A DNA stretch of 54,990 nucleotides from a virus. Its lineage: Duplodnaviria > Caudoviricetes. Location of the stretch: positions 1 through 54,990 of the IMG/VR virus record IMGVR_UViG_3300048813_000106; one strand, 5' to 3'. Made by a program: the position numbers and the translations under genes. Positions 10,154-18,948 of the stretch are shown piece after piece; positions within the stretch are counted from its first letter, which is position 1, and each line of letters starts with the position of its first letter. The notes beneath the pieces were generated by a model, which ran no database searches, was not told where the DNA came from, and worked only from the letters and a program-made list of their open reading frames with translations.

Positions 10154-10560
10154 CTAATCGTCGGCTGCGACACCAACCTTGCGGACAGGCAGCATGGTCT
10201 GGATACGACCCAGGGCACTCTTGTCGAGACGACGCGCACCCCCACCCGACTGGGCCTTCTCCAACGCAGCGATGTACGGGCCGCGTGCCTCTTTCGACAT
10301 CGGCCTTTCCACATAGGCGTGACCGATCTGGACTGCGGCAAGCGTCTCTTCAGCCTTCAGCTTCGGGAGAGCCGCCACATACACCCGAAAGAGACGCAGT
10401 TCCACCTTGAGCCAATTACCCGAAGGGTGAGGGCACTGAGGGTAGAAACGCGAAAGGCGCGGGATCAGCTCTCCGTAGTCGAGCTGTCCTCCGCGCCCCT
10501 CTCTAGCTGCTTCTGTGCTTCCTTGACCGCCGCGAGGTCTTCTTGCGCCCACTGTGTCCG
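10154..10560 (-). CDS. Tail assembly chaperone, frameshift extension (gpT-like)
   Basis: -1 frame relative to the upstream chaperone, open from the T6 run to TGA at 10154; lies just before tape measure. Confidence 0.75.
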
Positions 10561-10917
10561 AAAAAACAGGAGCACCCGCTGACGCAGACGGTCGTTGAAC
10601 TGCGCCTTCTCGGCATCTGTCGCGTCCATGAGACGGTCGAACGCCGTGTCGAGACGCAACCGTAGTTTCGCGTTCTCCTTCTTATCGAGAGCGCCTTTCT
10701 GCTGTAGCGCACTGAACTGTTCAAGTTCGGTACGCAAAAGGTGCTCGTCCTCGACACTGAACTCTTCCGGGGTGCGAAGCTCGTACGGTTTCCCGTCAGG
10801 GCCTACCACGACTGCGCGCTGTAGTGACTCGGAGAGGTCCAGTAGTGGCGCGTCGTCCTGCGGCACGTCCTTACTGTCCGTCGGGGTCTTGGGGTCCGTC
10901 TCTGTGGCTGGTGTCAC
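10465..10917 (-). CDS. Tail assembly chaperone (gpG-like)
   Basis: Between tail tube and tape measure; AGGAGG RBS; contains CTG TTT TTT CGG slippery site. Confidence 0.8.
   Translation of the reverse strand: MTPATETDPKTPTDSKDVPQDDAPLLDLSESLQRAVVVGPDGKPYELRTPEEFSVEDEHLLRTELEQFSALQQKGALDKKENAKLRLRLDTAFDRLMDATDAEKAQFNDRLRQRVLLFFRTQWAQEDLAAVKEAQKQLERGAEDSSTTES
10560..10567 (-). other. Putative -1 programmed ribosomal frameshift site G-TTT-TTT-C
   Basis: T6 run in frame as Phe-Phe; -1 frame stays open for about 135 codons; resembles the P2 E/E' T6 site. Confidence 0.75.
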
Positions 10918-11116
10918 CTTGTCCTCCTATTGGGACTTCGTGAGTGTTGGTTTGTATCCGTAGCGGGATGCCCGCGAGAGCACACGCCCGCTGCAGTTCT
11001 GTGAGGCTCGCCATCTTCCGGTGCAGGGCGCGCTTGTGGAAAGACGCCGCACGCTTATGCTCACGTGCGGCGTCCTGAAGCTCAACAGCCTGCGCCTGTG
11101 CCGTCTCCGCGTTCAC
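10871..11116 (-). CDS. Hypothetical protein between tail tube and chaperone
   Basis: GTG one base after the tail tube stop; helical basic sequence. Confidence 0.45.
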   Translation of the reverse strand: MNAETAQAQAVELQDAAREHKRAASFHKRALHRKMASLTELQRACALAGIPLRIQTNTHEVPIGGQGDTSHRDGPQDPDGQ

Positions 11117-11117
11117 C

Positions 11118-11672
11118 TTATTCGGTGACAAATTCGACCCATTTGCCGATTTCTGCTTCGACGGCGGTGAACTGCACAGCGAGGTACGCCGGGCCGCCCT
11201 TAGGCGCGAGTTTCGGGGCAGGGTTCGCCGTCTGGTAGCACGACGCGACCTCGAACTGGGAGAACTTGCCTTCGTTCAACGGTGACGGCCCCTTCAGCAG
11301 CAGCGAGAAGAGGTGCATCGAGAACCCCATCGCGAGGTTCACCTTCTTTTCCGCCCCACCCGTGACGGACGCGTTGTTCATCAACAGCGCCAGCGTTTCG
11401 GGGGTCAGGTCCGCGACTTCGAACGCGACCATCCACGTGTGTTCGGTACGCCACACCTTCCGGGGCCTGGGGGAACCGGCTGGGGTGAACTGTGCGGTCG
11501 TCTGCGCCATCGTGACGGTCGCACCGGCTTCTGAGTAGCTGTCGGTGCCCTGTTTCCCGACTGGTTTCCATTCCCCTGCGGGGGTGGCGCTGCAGGCAGG
11601 GAAAGCGGTTGCTACGGGCGCGACATACGCCTCAAACGTTTCTACTATGACTTCCTGTGATTCCTGAGCCAT
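11118..11672 (-). CDS. Major tail (tube) protein
   Basis: 184 aa; YVAPVATAFP...W..VG N-terminal pattern typical of actinophage tail tubes; precedes the chaperones. Confidence 0.85.
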   Translation of the reverse strand: MAQESQEVIVETFEAYVAPVATAFPACSATPAGEWKPVGKQGTDSYSEAGATVTMAQTTAQFTPAGSPRPRKVWRTEHTWMVAFEVADLTPETLALLMNNASVTGGAEKKVNLAMGFSMHLFSLLLKGPSPLNEGKFSQFEVASCYQTANPAPKLAPKGGPAYLAVQFTAVEAEIGKWVEFVTE

Positions 11673-11940
11673 CGTGCTCTCCTGTCGGATCGGCGGTGGC
11701 GGCGGCTATGTCCTCGGTGGGGCTTTGCCTATCCGTGTTGGTGGTGTTGCTGCCGCCAGCGAGAGCAGGCGGGTTATCGGTGGCGAACGGCACTGCGCCG
11801 TCCGGGACGGGGGGTGTCAGGACTGTTGGCGCCCACGCTTCGGGCTGTTGCGGCTCGGGCGTAGGCTCCGGCTGTTGCTCTGCCGGGGGCGTCGTTCCAA
11901 ACGCCCGGTTCGGTGCATTCGGGCCAACTGGTGAAGGCAT
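11632..11940 (-). CDS. Pro/Thr-rich low-complexity protein
   Basis: AAAGGAG RBS; TTPPAEQQPEPTPEP...PTVLTPPVP. Confidence 0.6.
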   Translation of the reverse strand: MPSPVGPNAPNRAFGTTPPAEQQPEPTPEPQQPEAWAPTVLTPPVPDGAVPFATDNPPALAGGSNTTNTDRQSPTEDIAAATADPTGEHDGSGITGSHSRNV

Positions 11941-11951
11941 GGGGTTCTCCT

Positions 11952-12701
11952 TTACTGGAGGGACGTTCGTGCGGCGAGCAGCCTGTCACGGTTCTCGGCG
12001 ATGTACTCGTGCATCCGTACGCCTGGCGTGAGGTCGGGGGTGCCGCCGAGGATCATGTTCGCCCCGTGCTGCCTGTACAAAATCAGCGCATCGGGGATGT
12101 ACTCGAACTCCGCAAGCGCAGCGACATGCACGGTGATCCACCAGTCCTCCCACTGCGCCCAATCGGGCAGCGGGTAGAAGCCGTCGCGGTAGCAGGCGCG
12201 GAACATCATCGTGCCCCCTGAGACAAACGGTCCGATCATCGCCCGCTCAAGGGCGTCGCCCCTTACGGGCACGATTCCTTGGCTCTCCCAGAACGACGGG
12301 GTGATGACGTTCAGGTGGGCGTCTGTGACAGCCATGTCCCCGTACACAAGCCCCACCTCGGGGCGCGTGGCGAGGATCTCGGCCTGCCTACGGAGCTTCC
12401 CTGGCAGCGCCACGTCATCCGCCGAGTGGAAGGCGATCAGCTCGCCGGTCGCAGCGGCGAGGCCGGTGTTGGCTGCTCCGGCGACACCCTGGTTCTCCTG
12501 GTAGATGTAGCGCACGCAGGGGGAACGCTCAAGGTAGGTGCTGGCGACCTGGCGCGTGTCGTCCGTGGAGCCGTCGTCTATCACGATCAGCTCCACCTCG
12601 CCCGCGTAGTCCTGGCTAAGCAGGCCCTCTACCGCCTCTCCGAGGAATCGGCCGTAGTTGTGCGCCAGGACGATGACGCTGACCTTCGGCAGGTCAGCCA
12701 C
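11952..12701 (-). CDS. Glycosyltransferase family 2
   Basis: KVSVIV..HN, IVIDDGSTD, NQGVAGAANTGL, FHSADD, EDW, YRQH motifs. Confidence 0.93.
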   Translation of the reverse strand: MADLPKVSVIVLAHNYGRFLGEAVEGLLSQDYAGEVELIVIDDGSTDDTRQVASTYLERSPCVRYIYQENQGVAGAANTGLAAATGELIAFHSADDVALPGKLRRQAEILATRPEVGLVYGDMAVTDAHLNVITPSFWESQGIVPVRGDALERAMIGPFVSGGTMMFRACYRDGFYPLPDWAQWEDWWITVHVAALAEFEYIPDALILYRQHGANMILGGTPDLTPGVRMHEYIAENRDRLLAARTSLQ

Positions 12702-13101
12702 TTTCGCGGATCTCGTACGGGTCGCCGCCGTTAGGCCCGTGAGCAGGAAAGTAGGGTGTGCGGGCGCCGACGCGGTAGAACTCCATCGCCTCGTGACGCT
12801 CCACAAGCAGGATCTGGTCGAGCACCCACCGCTCCCACGTGCGGCGATCCCAGGTAGCTACCGGGACGGGCATGATGTGGTGGACGCCTACCTGGGTAGG
12901 GCTAATTACGGTGTCGCCCGCCTTGCTGTCGTACACCTGCGCCCGAATGGAGAGCGTGAGGCCCACGCTGCCGACGTAGTGTTCGCCTCGGCGCTCGCCG
13001 TCCCATAGCTCAAAGCTCCAGCCGGGCTTGTAGGCGACTTCGCTGACGAGCCGCTCCAGTAGCGGGACCGTCTCCTGTGGCCCCTCCTGGTGGTTCCTCA
13101 T
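12694..13101 (-). CDS. Hypothetical protein in glycan cluster
   Basis: ATGA-coupled; YKPGWSF...ERHEAMEFY...PYFPAHG. Confidence 0.65.
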   Translation of the reverse strand: MRNHQEGPQETVPLLERLVSEVAYKPGWSFELWDGERRGEHYVGSVGLTLSIRAQVYDSKAGDTVISPTQVGVHHIMPVPVATWDRRTWERWVLDQILLVERHEAMEFYRVGARTPYFPAHGPNGGDPYEIRESG

Positions 13102-13565
13102 ACGGGCGTCCAGGCGGCGGGCGTGACCTGTTCGGGCTTCTCGAGCTTCCTCGCGGGATTCCCAATCCATGTCTCACCAGCAGGCACGTCGTGCGTCACG
13201 ACAGCGCCCGCACCGATCCTCGCCCCGGCACCCACCTTGCGCATCGGGAGGATGCTCGCGTTCACACCGATGTGTACCCCGTCTCCGATCTCGCAAAGGC
13301 CGCAGATGACGGCACCTGGGGCAATCTCTACGTCCTCGCCTATCAAGGCATCGTGCCCGATATGCACCTTGCGCATCGTCCAAGACCGTGCGCCGATACG
13401 TGTAGAGCGCTCGTAGCCTGCGTCCACCGTGGCGTACGCCTCGACCCTAGCCGTAGGATCAATCACGGGGAGGAATAGGGGCTGCTCAGGCGACCACTCC
13501 CGACCCTCCGGGGGATCGCCGACGATCGCCGTGGGGTGAATGCCACCCCCATATGAGACGAACAC
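13098..13565 (-). CDS. Hexapeptide-repeat (left-handed beta-helix) acyltransferase, PglD/NeuD/LpxA-like
   Basis: IHPTAIVG, HIGHDALIG, IGAGAVVTHDVP, WIGNPARK. Confidence 0.9.
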   Translation of the reverse strand: MFVSYGGGIHPTAIVGDPPEGREWSPEQPLFLPVIDPTARVEAYATVDAGYERSTRIGARSWTMRKVHIGHDALIGEDVEIAPGAVICGLCEIGDGVHIGVNASILPMRKVGAGARIGAGAVVTHDVPAGETWIGNPARKLEKPEQVTPAAWTPV

Positions 13566-13576
13566 TTGCCCCTCCC

Positions 13577-14308
13577 TCAGTCGTGCTTGCTGTAGATGCG
13601 TTCTACGCCACCCTCAAGCGGCACCAGCGACTCGCCGCCGCCGATGCGGGGCTCCCTCAGCCGATCCCCACGCCTTGGCGGAATGATCTCCACGTTGTCC
13701 CTGCCGACTAGTGCGGCTGCCTCGTCAATCATGCAGACGGGCTCTCCAGGGTCCAGGGTGTAGCGGCCGGACGGCATCTGCGCAACCTTCAGCAGTAGTG
13801 CCACAGCCTGCGGCATCGTGATGAAGTAGCGGTAGCAGCTAGTCGCGGGCAGCGGTGGCTGCATCCGGGCCCATATCTCGAACACGTTGCCGGAGGCTTC
13901 CCGCACGTTGTAGAACCGGGCGACACTCTGCCCCGCGTTCAACATCAGGCGCTCTGCAATGAGCTTTGTGGCCCCGTACACCGTCTCGGGGTTGCACGCC
14001 TTACAGGTAGACGTCAGGACGACACGGCAGCCCGCAGGAGCCGCCTGGAGGACGTTACGCGTCCCCTCCACGTTGATGCGGGTCGCGTCCCAGGGCTCTA
14101 CCTCGCCTTCCGGGGCGTGCTTAGCGCCAGCACAGTGGAAGATCACATCGGGCTCCGCCAGTTGCAGCGCAGACTTGAGCGCCAGCTCGTCAAGGATGTC
14201 CAGGCCCGTCAGAATGTCCAGACCGTGCACCGTGTCGCCACGGGCCCCCAGGACGGGTGCGAGGGCTTTCCCTACGCTGCCCTCCGAACCCGTGATGAGC
14301 GCGATCAT
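13577..14308 (-). CDS. NAD-dependent nucleotide-sugar dehydratase/epimerase (PseB/PglF/CapD-like SDR)
   Basis: LITGSEGSVG, IFHCAGAKH, STCKACNP, YGATKLIAE, RFYNV..ASG, RRGDRLRE. Confidence 0.88.
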   Translation of the reverse strand: MIALITGSEGSVGKALAPVLGARGDTVHGLDILTGLDILDELALKSALQLAEPDVIFHCAGAKHAPEGEVEPWDATRINVEGTRNVLQAAPAGCRVVLTSTCKACNPETVYGATKLIAERLMLNAGQSVARFYNVREASGNVFEIWARMQPPLPATSCYRYFITMPQAVALLLKVAQMPSGRYTLDPGEPVCMIDEAAALVGRDNVEIIPPRRGDRLREPRIGGGESLVPLEGGVERIYSKHD

Positions 14309-14502
14309 GTGGCCTGCTTGCGGAAGAGCGGCTTGACTTCGCCTAGTAGTTCCCCGTCGCGCACAACGAAGCGACGAAGCTTGCGCTGCTTGGGCACGGG
14401 GACCAGCGTGCCTTGTAGCCATCCCGCGTTCACGCAATACTCGCAGTAGCTGTGGAAACCGGTGGACAGCTTCCCGCACTCGGGGTTGTCGCAGCGCCAC
14501 AT
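14305..14502 (-). CDS. Small zinc-ribbon protein
   Basis: WRCDNPEC...YCEYC; stop/start overlaps on both sides. Confidence 0.6.
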   Translation of the reverse strand: MWRCDNPECGKLSTGFHSYCEYCVNAGWLQGTLVPVPKQRKLRRFVVRDGELLGEVKPLFRKQAT

Positions 14503-15116
14503 CACACGGCCACCGCGAACACCCCATCGCCTGGCCACCCCGGAGCAAGGTCCCTCACCTTCGGGTTACCGAGGCCGATCCACCGCTCGCTAGCCCACCT
14601 GTCCTCCGTAGAAACAGGCGGCAGGGTGCGCAGGTAGTCGCAGCGAGCGACCCAATAGTTACCGCCGAAGAACGGGACGGCGCCCATCGTCGCCTCCCCG
14701 AACACGTCCGGGTGCAGCCAGTGGCACCCCACAGCGTCATAGCCTTCTTCGAGGACGTTGCGGCAATGCTCCCAACCCTCCACCACATGGTGCGTCATCG
14801 AGCGCCGCCAGCGATCGTTGAACTCCGTGGGCTGCGATGCACCCTTGGTATGGGCGTAACAGATTGCGTCCTCGGGATACGTGAGTGCCCACGCCCGCAC
14901 CAGTTCCATCGTGCCGCGCTCAGAGGTTGGGTCCACCGTCACGACCGTCGCGGTGTCCCCCAGCATGTCCCGAAGCCTCTCTTGGGCAACCGGGCCGCCA
15001 GCAGCTCCGACGATGACCTCCCCATGAAAGTCGCTCAGCGCCCTTCGGTACTCGGTGACCATCCCCGGCCACACGTCGTTGTCTAGATAGGCGTGGTAGA
15101 AAGCGACGACGCTCAC
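14502..15116 (-). CDS. Putative glycosyltransferase-like protein (YxHTKG family), copy 2
   Basis: YAHTKG...WRRSM...VGCHW...FGGNYW..RCDYLRTLP...DRW.SE.W; paralog of upstream gene; function inferred from context. Confidence 0.6.
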   Translation of the reverse strand: MSVVAFYHAYLDNDVWPGMVTEYRRALSDFHGEVIVGAAGGPVAQERLRDMLGDTATVVTVDPTSERGTMELVRAWALTYPEDAICYAHTKGASQPTEFNDRWRRSMTHHVVEGWEHCRNVLEEGYDAVGCHWLHPDVFGEATMGAVPFFGGNYWVARCDYLRTLPPVSTEDRWASERWIGLGNPKVRDLAPGWPGDGVFAVAV

Positions 15117-15691
15117 CGGAACATGCCCATCGGGTTGCCCCTACGCATGTTGAAAGTGCTCGGCTCGTTCTGCCCAACCCAAAACTCAGCGTCCATTCGA
15201 TCTCCTGTCGCGCATGGCGGGAGTGTACGCAGGTACGCGGCTGACGCCATCCAGAAATTCCCGCTGAAGTGTGGTGGGGTGCCGTCGTCAATCCAGTGAG
15301 CGCCAGCCAGGTCGGCCCCCGCTTCGATCCCACGCAAGGCGTCTGCCCATCGTGTGACGACGTGGGCGATCATCGACTGGCGCCAAGCGACCTTCCACGG
15401 GCTCGGGTCCGAGCTTGCCTTGGTGTGGGCGTAGAGGATCGGCTGGTCATGCGTCTGCGCGTATTCGTACAGCGCGGCCAGCGTGACCTGCTCCCAGCCC
15501 GAATCAGCTTCTGCGGCTACCTCTACCTCCCCGAGAGCGTTCAAGGCCCTTAGGCGACTTTCCCGTGGCCCTACAAGACCAACATGGATGGTGCCGGGGA
15601 AGTCGCTGGCGTGCAGGGCGGCTAGGACCTCCGTGACGGGCTCCTGCCATGCGCCGGGTGTCCAGATATGCAGAAAGCACGTGGGGTTCAT
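15113..15691 (-). CDS. Putative glycosyltransferase-like protein (YxHTK family), copy 1
   Basis: YAHTKA...WRQSM...AGAHW...FSGNFW..SAAYLRTLP...DR..AE.W. Confidence 0.6.
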   Translation of the reverse strand: MNPTCFLHIWTPGAWQEPVTEVLAALHASDFPGTIHVGLVGPRESRLRALNALGEVEVAAEADSGWEQVTLAALYEYAQTHDQPILYAHTKASSDPSPWKVAWRQSMIAHVVTRWADALRGIEAGADLAGAHWIDDGTPPHFSGNFWMASAAYLRTLPPCATGDRMDAEFWVGQNEPSTFNMRRGNPMGMFR

Positions 15692-16770
15692 GCGGCCTTG
15701 CGGGTCGCAGCATGCCTGTTGGCTACTGCCTGCGACCACGCCTCTGTCCAGTCGGGACCTCGCGTCTCGTAAAGGTGCCGGGATCGCACGACCTCTCGAC
15801 CCTGCTCGGCCATCTCGTAGCGCAAACTCTCGTCGGCGATGAGCTGCCTGACGGCTGAACGCCAGTTGCGGGAGCGGTCAGCCGCGAGGATGCCTAGCCC
15901 AAGCGCCGAATACTCAACACGTGGAGAAGCGACGAAGGGGACGCCCCGAGCAGCCATCTCCAACCCCTTTAGCCAGGACTTCGCAGCGTTGAAGGCAGTA
16001 TTCCCGAGAGGCACGATACCTACGGTCAGACGGCCGAGCGCGAGATGGTAGTCCTCGACGCTCTCGATCCACGGCGTCTCATCGGGCTCACCCGGAAGGC
16101 CAAGGGCCTCACGTACGCCTGCTGCCTCTCCGATGACCTCAAAGCGCCAGTCATCGAGAGCTTCCCCCACTCCGCCGCGAGTGACCTCCAAGTCTCCGGG
16201 GTGTGTTGCGACGCGCCCTGCCCACCCGATGGTGTGCCCGTCTGAGAGGCTCGGGTAGTCAAGGATCGCGGCAGGAACCGCGTTCGGCAGGACAGCGACG
16301 CGGCCGTGTGCGCCGTAACGCTCAGCCAACGCAGGCGTACTAACCGTCACAAGATCAGCAAGGGCACAGCACCGGGCCGTGAACTTAGCGTGCACATCGG
16401 GATGCACCAGCCCTGCGTGCAGAGGGTAGGCGGCGTTCTGTGGGTGCACTGCGCGCAGGTCGTCGTCCACGTCCACGACGACCGCTACCCCCATGCGCTG
16501 GTACTGCTCGATGAAGCTGATCGTGTCGCGGTGCGGGGGACGCTGAAACACCACCACGTCCGCATCGACCGGGGCGACCATACGCTCTACGATCCGCTCG
16601 CGCAGGACCGCTGTGCCTCGGTGTTCCCGGATGCCTCTGCCGATCATCTCGACCGACATTCGTATCTCGCCGTCCACACCAGATGTCCGTAGCGGCTGCT
16701 CGCAACGAACATAGGCGCAGCCACCTTCGTCGGCGGGGTACAGGATGACTCGCACTACCAGCCGCCCCAT
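15688..16770 (-). CDS. Glycosyltransferase, GT-B fold (GT4-like)
   Basis: DVVVFQR, VDVDDD, VTVSTPAL, VLPNAV, IGWAG, FNAAKSWLKGLEMAARGVPFVAS. Confidence 0.88.
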   Translation of the reverse strand: MGRLVVRVILYPADEGGCAYVRCEQPLRTSGVDGEIRMSVEMIGRGIREHRGTAVLRERIVERMVAPVDADVVVFQRPPHRDTISFIEQYQRMGVAVVVDVDDDLRAVHPQNAAYPLHAGLVHPDVHAKFTARCCALADLVTVSTPALAERYGAHGRVAVLPNAVPAAILDYPSLSDGHTIGWAGRVATHPGDLEVTRGGVGEALDDWRFEVIGEAAGVREALGLPGEPDETPWIESVEDYHLALGRLTVGIVPLGNTAFNAAKSWLKGLEMAARGVPFVASPRVEYSALGLGILAADRSRNWRSAVRQLIADESLRYEMAEQGREVVRSRHLYETRGPDWTEAWSQAVANRHAATRKAA

Positions 16771-17222
16771 CCCCAGCCGCCCCAGCCGCCCCCACGACGC
16801 CCCTGAAACTGCCTGAGACGGAACATTGACCCTTCGCGGTTCGGGTTCTGCGCCTGAGCGACCTTTTCCGACCGGCTGATCCCACCCGCATACGGAGCAT
16901 GGAGTTCCTGGGCACGCAGCCGTAGCTCAGCGGCGCGTTCCGCGTACTGCTCCGCACGCTTAGTCGAGCCGATCTTCAACGTCCCCGACTGGCGGTCCGC
17001 CAACGCCGCGAACCTCCGGGCGAGCGCTTCCATGCAGTGCGCTGCCGCTTCGAGCACTTCATACTGGTTGGAGTTCTCAGGACTGTTGACCCCTTCGACG
17101 GTGAGGGCGTAGCTGATCTCAGCGTCGGAGAGCAACTGGGCGGCCGGGTTCGTGTCCTGAATCTCGAACCGCACCGCGTCCTTCGTGCTCGTCATCGGAT
17201 CTTCGCTATACGTCCACGCCAT
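16755..17222 (-). CDS. Head-tail adaptor (connector) protein
   Basis: WTYS.DP...KDAVRFEIQDT....LLSDAEI pattern typical of adaptor proteins. Confidence 0.72.
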   Translation of the reverse strand: MAWTYSEDPMTSTKDAVRFEIQDTNPAAQLLSDAEISYALTVEGVNSPENSNQYEVLEAAAHCMEALARRFAALADRQSGTLKIGSTKRAEQYAERAAELRLRAQELHAPYAGGISRSEKVAQAQNPNREGSMFRLRQFQGRRGGGWGGWGWGGW

Positions 17223-17309
17223 CTCTAGCCCTCCCTTGCTCTAGCGGTGCCCACCGAACTCGGCAGTTCTACTTCCCCGTTTTCGTTGGCGAGAGCGAGA
17301 TATTTACGT

Positions 17310-17993
17310 TCACCCATCGTTCGTCCTCTCTAGCGGCCCGAAGGCGGCGCGGTTAGCTGGCATCGGAGGCATTGGGGTGCCCGTGAAGTCCGCGCCAGGA
17401 GCACGCCCTGGTGGGTTGGCAGGCATCGGCTCTCCCTGGAAGGCGCTATCGACCGCCTGGTTAGGCGGCATCACGGGCAAAGGGTGCCCCGCGAACCCAG
17501 CGCCACTCCCACGGTTTGGAGGCATCCCGGGCAACGGACGCGCATCCCCGATCACCCTGCTGCGCTCGTACCATCCGAGGGGCATCCGAGGCAACGGGCG
17601 CGGGTCCCGAGACCGTCTCGGGCGCTCATACCACCCCGGAGGGTCCGCACGCAAGGGCCTAGCATCACGAGGGGGTCGCTCTCGACTCACGCACACCGAC
17701 GGCATCGGCGGCAACGGCCTACCCACAAAACCAGCGTTCAGAGCATGCCCTGGAGGGTTCGGACGCATCGGCGCGCCCTCGAAACGAGCCCCGAGGAAAT
17801 GAGACTGCCCGATGATCGCGACACGACCTCCGATGAGCCGCAGATACGCCTGCTGGCCCGACGAAGCGAACCCCGTGTCGAAGTACGGGCGGCCCAGTTC
17901 GTCAATCCCGAAACCCCAGTTATCCGCCAACACGGGCACCCCGCCGATGATCTGGTTTTCGAGCGGCCCGTCCGGGCTTTCGATGTAGAGCAT
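17310..17993 (-). CDS. Hypothetical protein with Pro-rich repeats
   Basis: Globular N-terminal ~65 aa, then repeats F.G.P(M/L)P..PP and RD.RPL...P.GWYER. Confidence 0.65.
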   Translation of the reverse strand: MLYIESPDGPLENQIIGGVPVLADNWGFGIDELGRPYFDTGFASSGQQAYLRLIGGRVAIIGQSHFLGARFEGAPMRPNPPGHALNAGFVGRPLPPMPSVCVSRERPPRDARPLRADPPGWYERPRRSRDPRPLPRMPLGWYERSRVIGDARPLPGMPPNRGSGAGFAGHPLPVMPPNQAVDSAFQGEPMPANPPGRAPGADFTGTPMPPMPANRAAFGPLERTNDG

Positions 17994-17995
17994 GC

Positions 17996-18430
17996 TCAGT
18001 TTCCTTCCCGGTTGTGCATGACCTGCACCACCACCAAAGATTCCGGCCAGTTCGTATGCGGATCAACTTCCGCGACCGGGGCAGCAGCAATCCGCGCCCA
18101 CTTCAACACGACACCTTCCCACTTCGACAGGCGCAGGTTCTGCAGCGCCAACATCACTTCGTCCGCCAACGTGTCCGCCTCAAACAGCGTGGAGCCGTAA
18201 CACAGCACATCCAAGATCGCGTCCACAATCGGTAGGAACGTCGCTGAGAGCATCTGCGACCCGCCCGCCCTGGACACCACCACCGCACGTTCCGGCATGT
18301 TCGCCTGTTCTTCGGTCGGCAGACGCGGATAGAAGACGCGCAAGCCTTCCTTCACGGTGCCTTCGGTCTTGCCTTCGAGCTTGGCGGTGAGGTACGCGGC
18401 AACGGCTAGGCCGGGATTAGCCGCACTCAC
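17996..18430 (-). CDS. Tail terminator protein
   Basis: 144 aa neck-region gene; AVVVSRAGG...DVLCYG....A..LA..V pattern. Confidence 0.75.
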   Translation of the reverse strand: MSAANPGLAVAAYLTAKLEGKTEGTVKEGLRVFYPRLPTEEQANMPERAVVVSRAGGSQMLSATFLPIVDAILDVLCYGSTLFEADTLADEVMLALQNLRLSKWEGVVLKWARIAAAPVAEVDPHTNWPESLVVVQVMHNREGN

Positions 18431-18948
18431 AACCCCTCCTGAAACGCCTCAGCTATGCGCAGAGGCAGCAACGGGAATTGCGTGTACCCGGCTGGACGGA
18501 TGTATGCACGCATAGGCGTTAGTGGCCCTGTCCCCGTAGAGGGCCTGTGGAGCGTCGTAAAGCCATAGCCCCCACCAGGAGGCAAGATCGTAAAGGACTG
18601 CCGCACACTCACCCCAGGAGCCGGCGCAGGCCCCGGAATCGTCCACCAGCCGGCAGACCCCGCGACACGCTGGAATGTGGTCGGCCCGATGCGGCTCGTA
18701 CCGATCTCCACATCCAACGCGTAAGGCGCCGACGCACCGAACGCGCCCTTTACCACCAGGCCGTCGCTGTGCGCAGGCTCCAACACCCCGATAGACGCCT
18801 CAAGGGCTCCCGTTCTAGACACCCACTTGTGGGCGGTCTTGGCCTGCTCCGACGCCACCTCAAGGGTCCGCTGCACCCCCACCACGGCAGCGGCCTTGAC
18901 GCGCTCGAAAACCTCGTCGCCGTTCCACTCAAAGCCAACCAAGGGCAT
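18427..18948 (-). CDS. Tail completion protein (HK97 gp10-like)
   Basis: RTGALEASI...YALDVEIGTS...RAYIRPA motifs. Confidence 0.8.
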   Translation of the reverse strand: MPLVGFEWNGDEVFERVKAAAVVGVQRTLEVASEQAKTAHKWVSRTGALEASIGVLEPAHSDGLVVKGAFGASAPYALDVEIGTSRIGPTTFQRVAGSAGWWTIPGPAPAPGVSVRQSFTILPPGGGYGFTTLHRPSTGTGPLTPMRAYIRPAGYTQFPLLPLRIAEAFQEGL

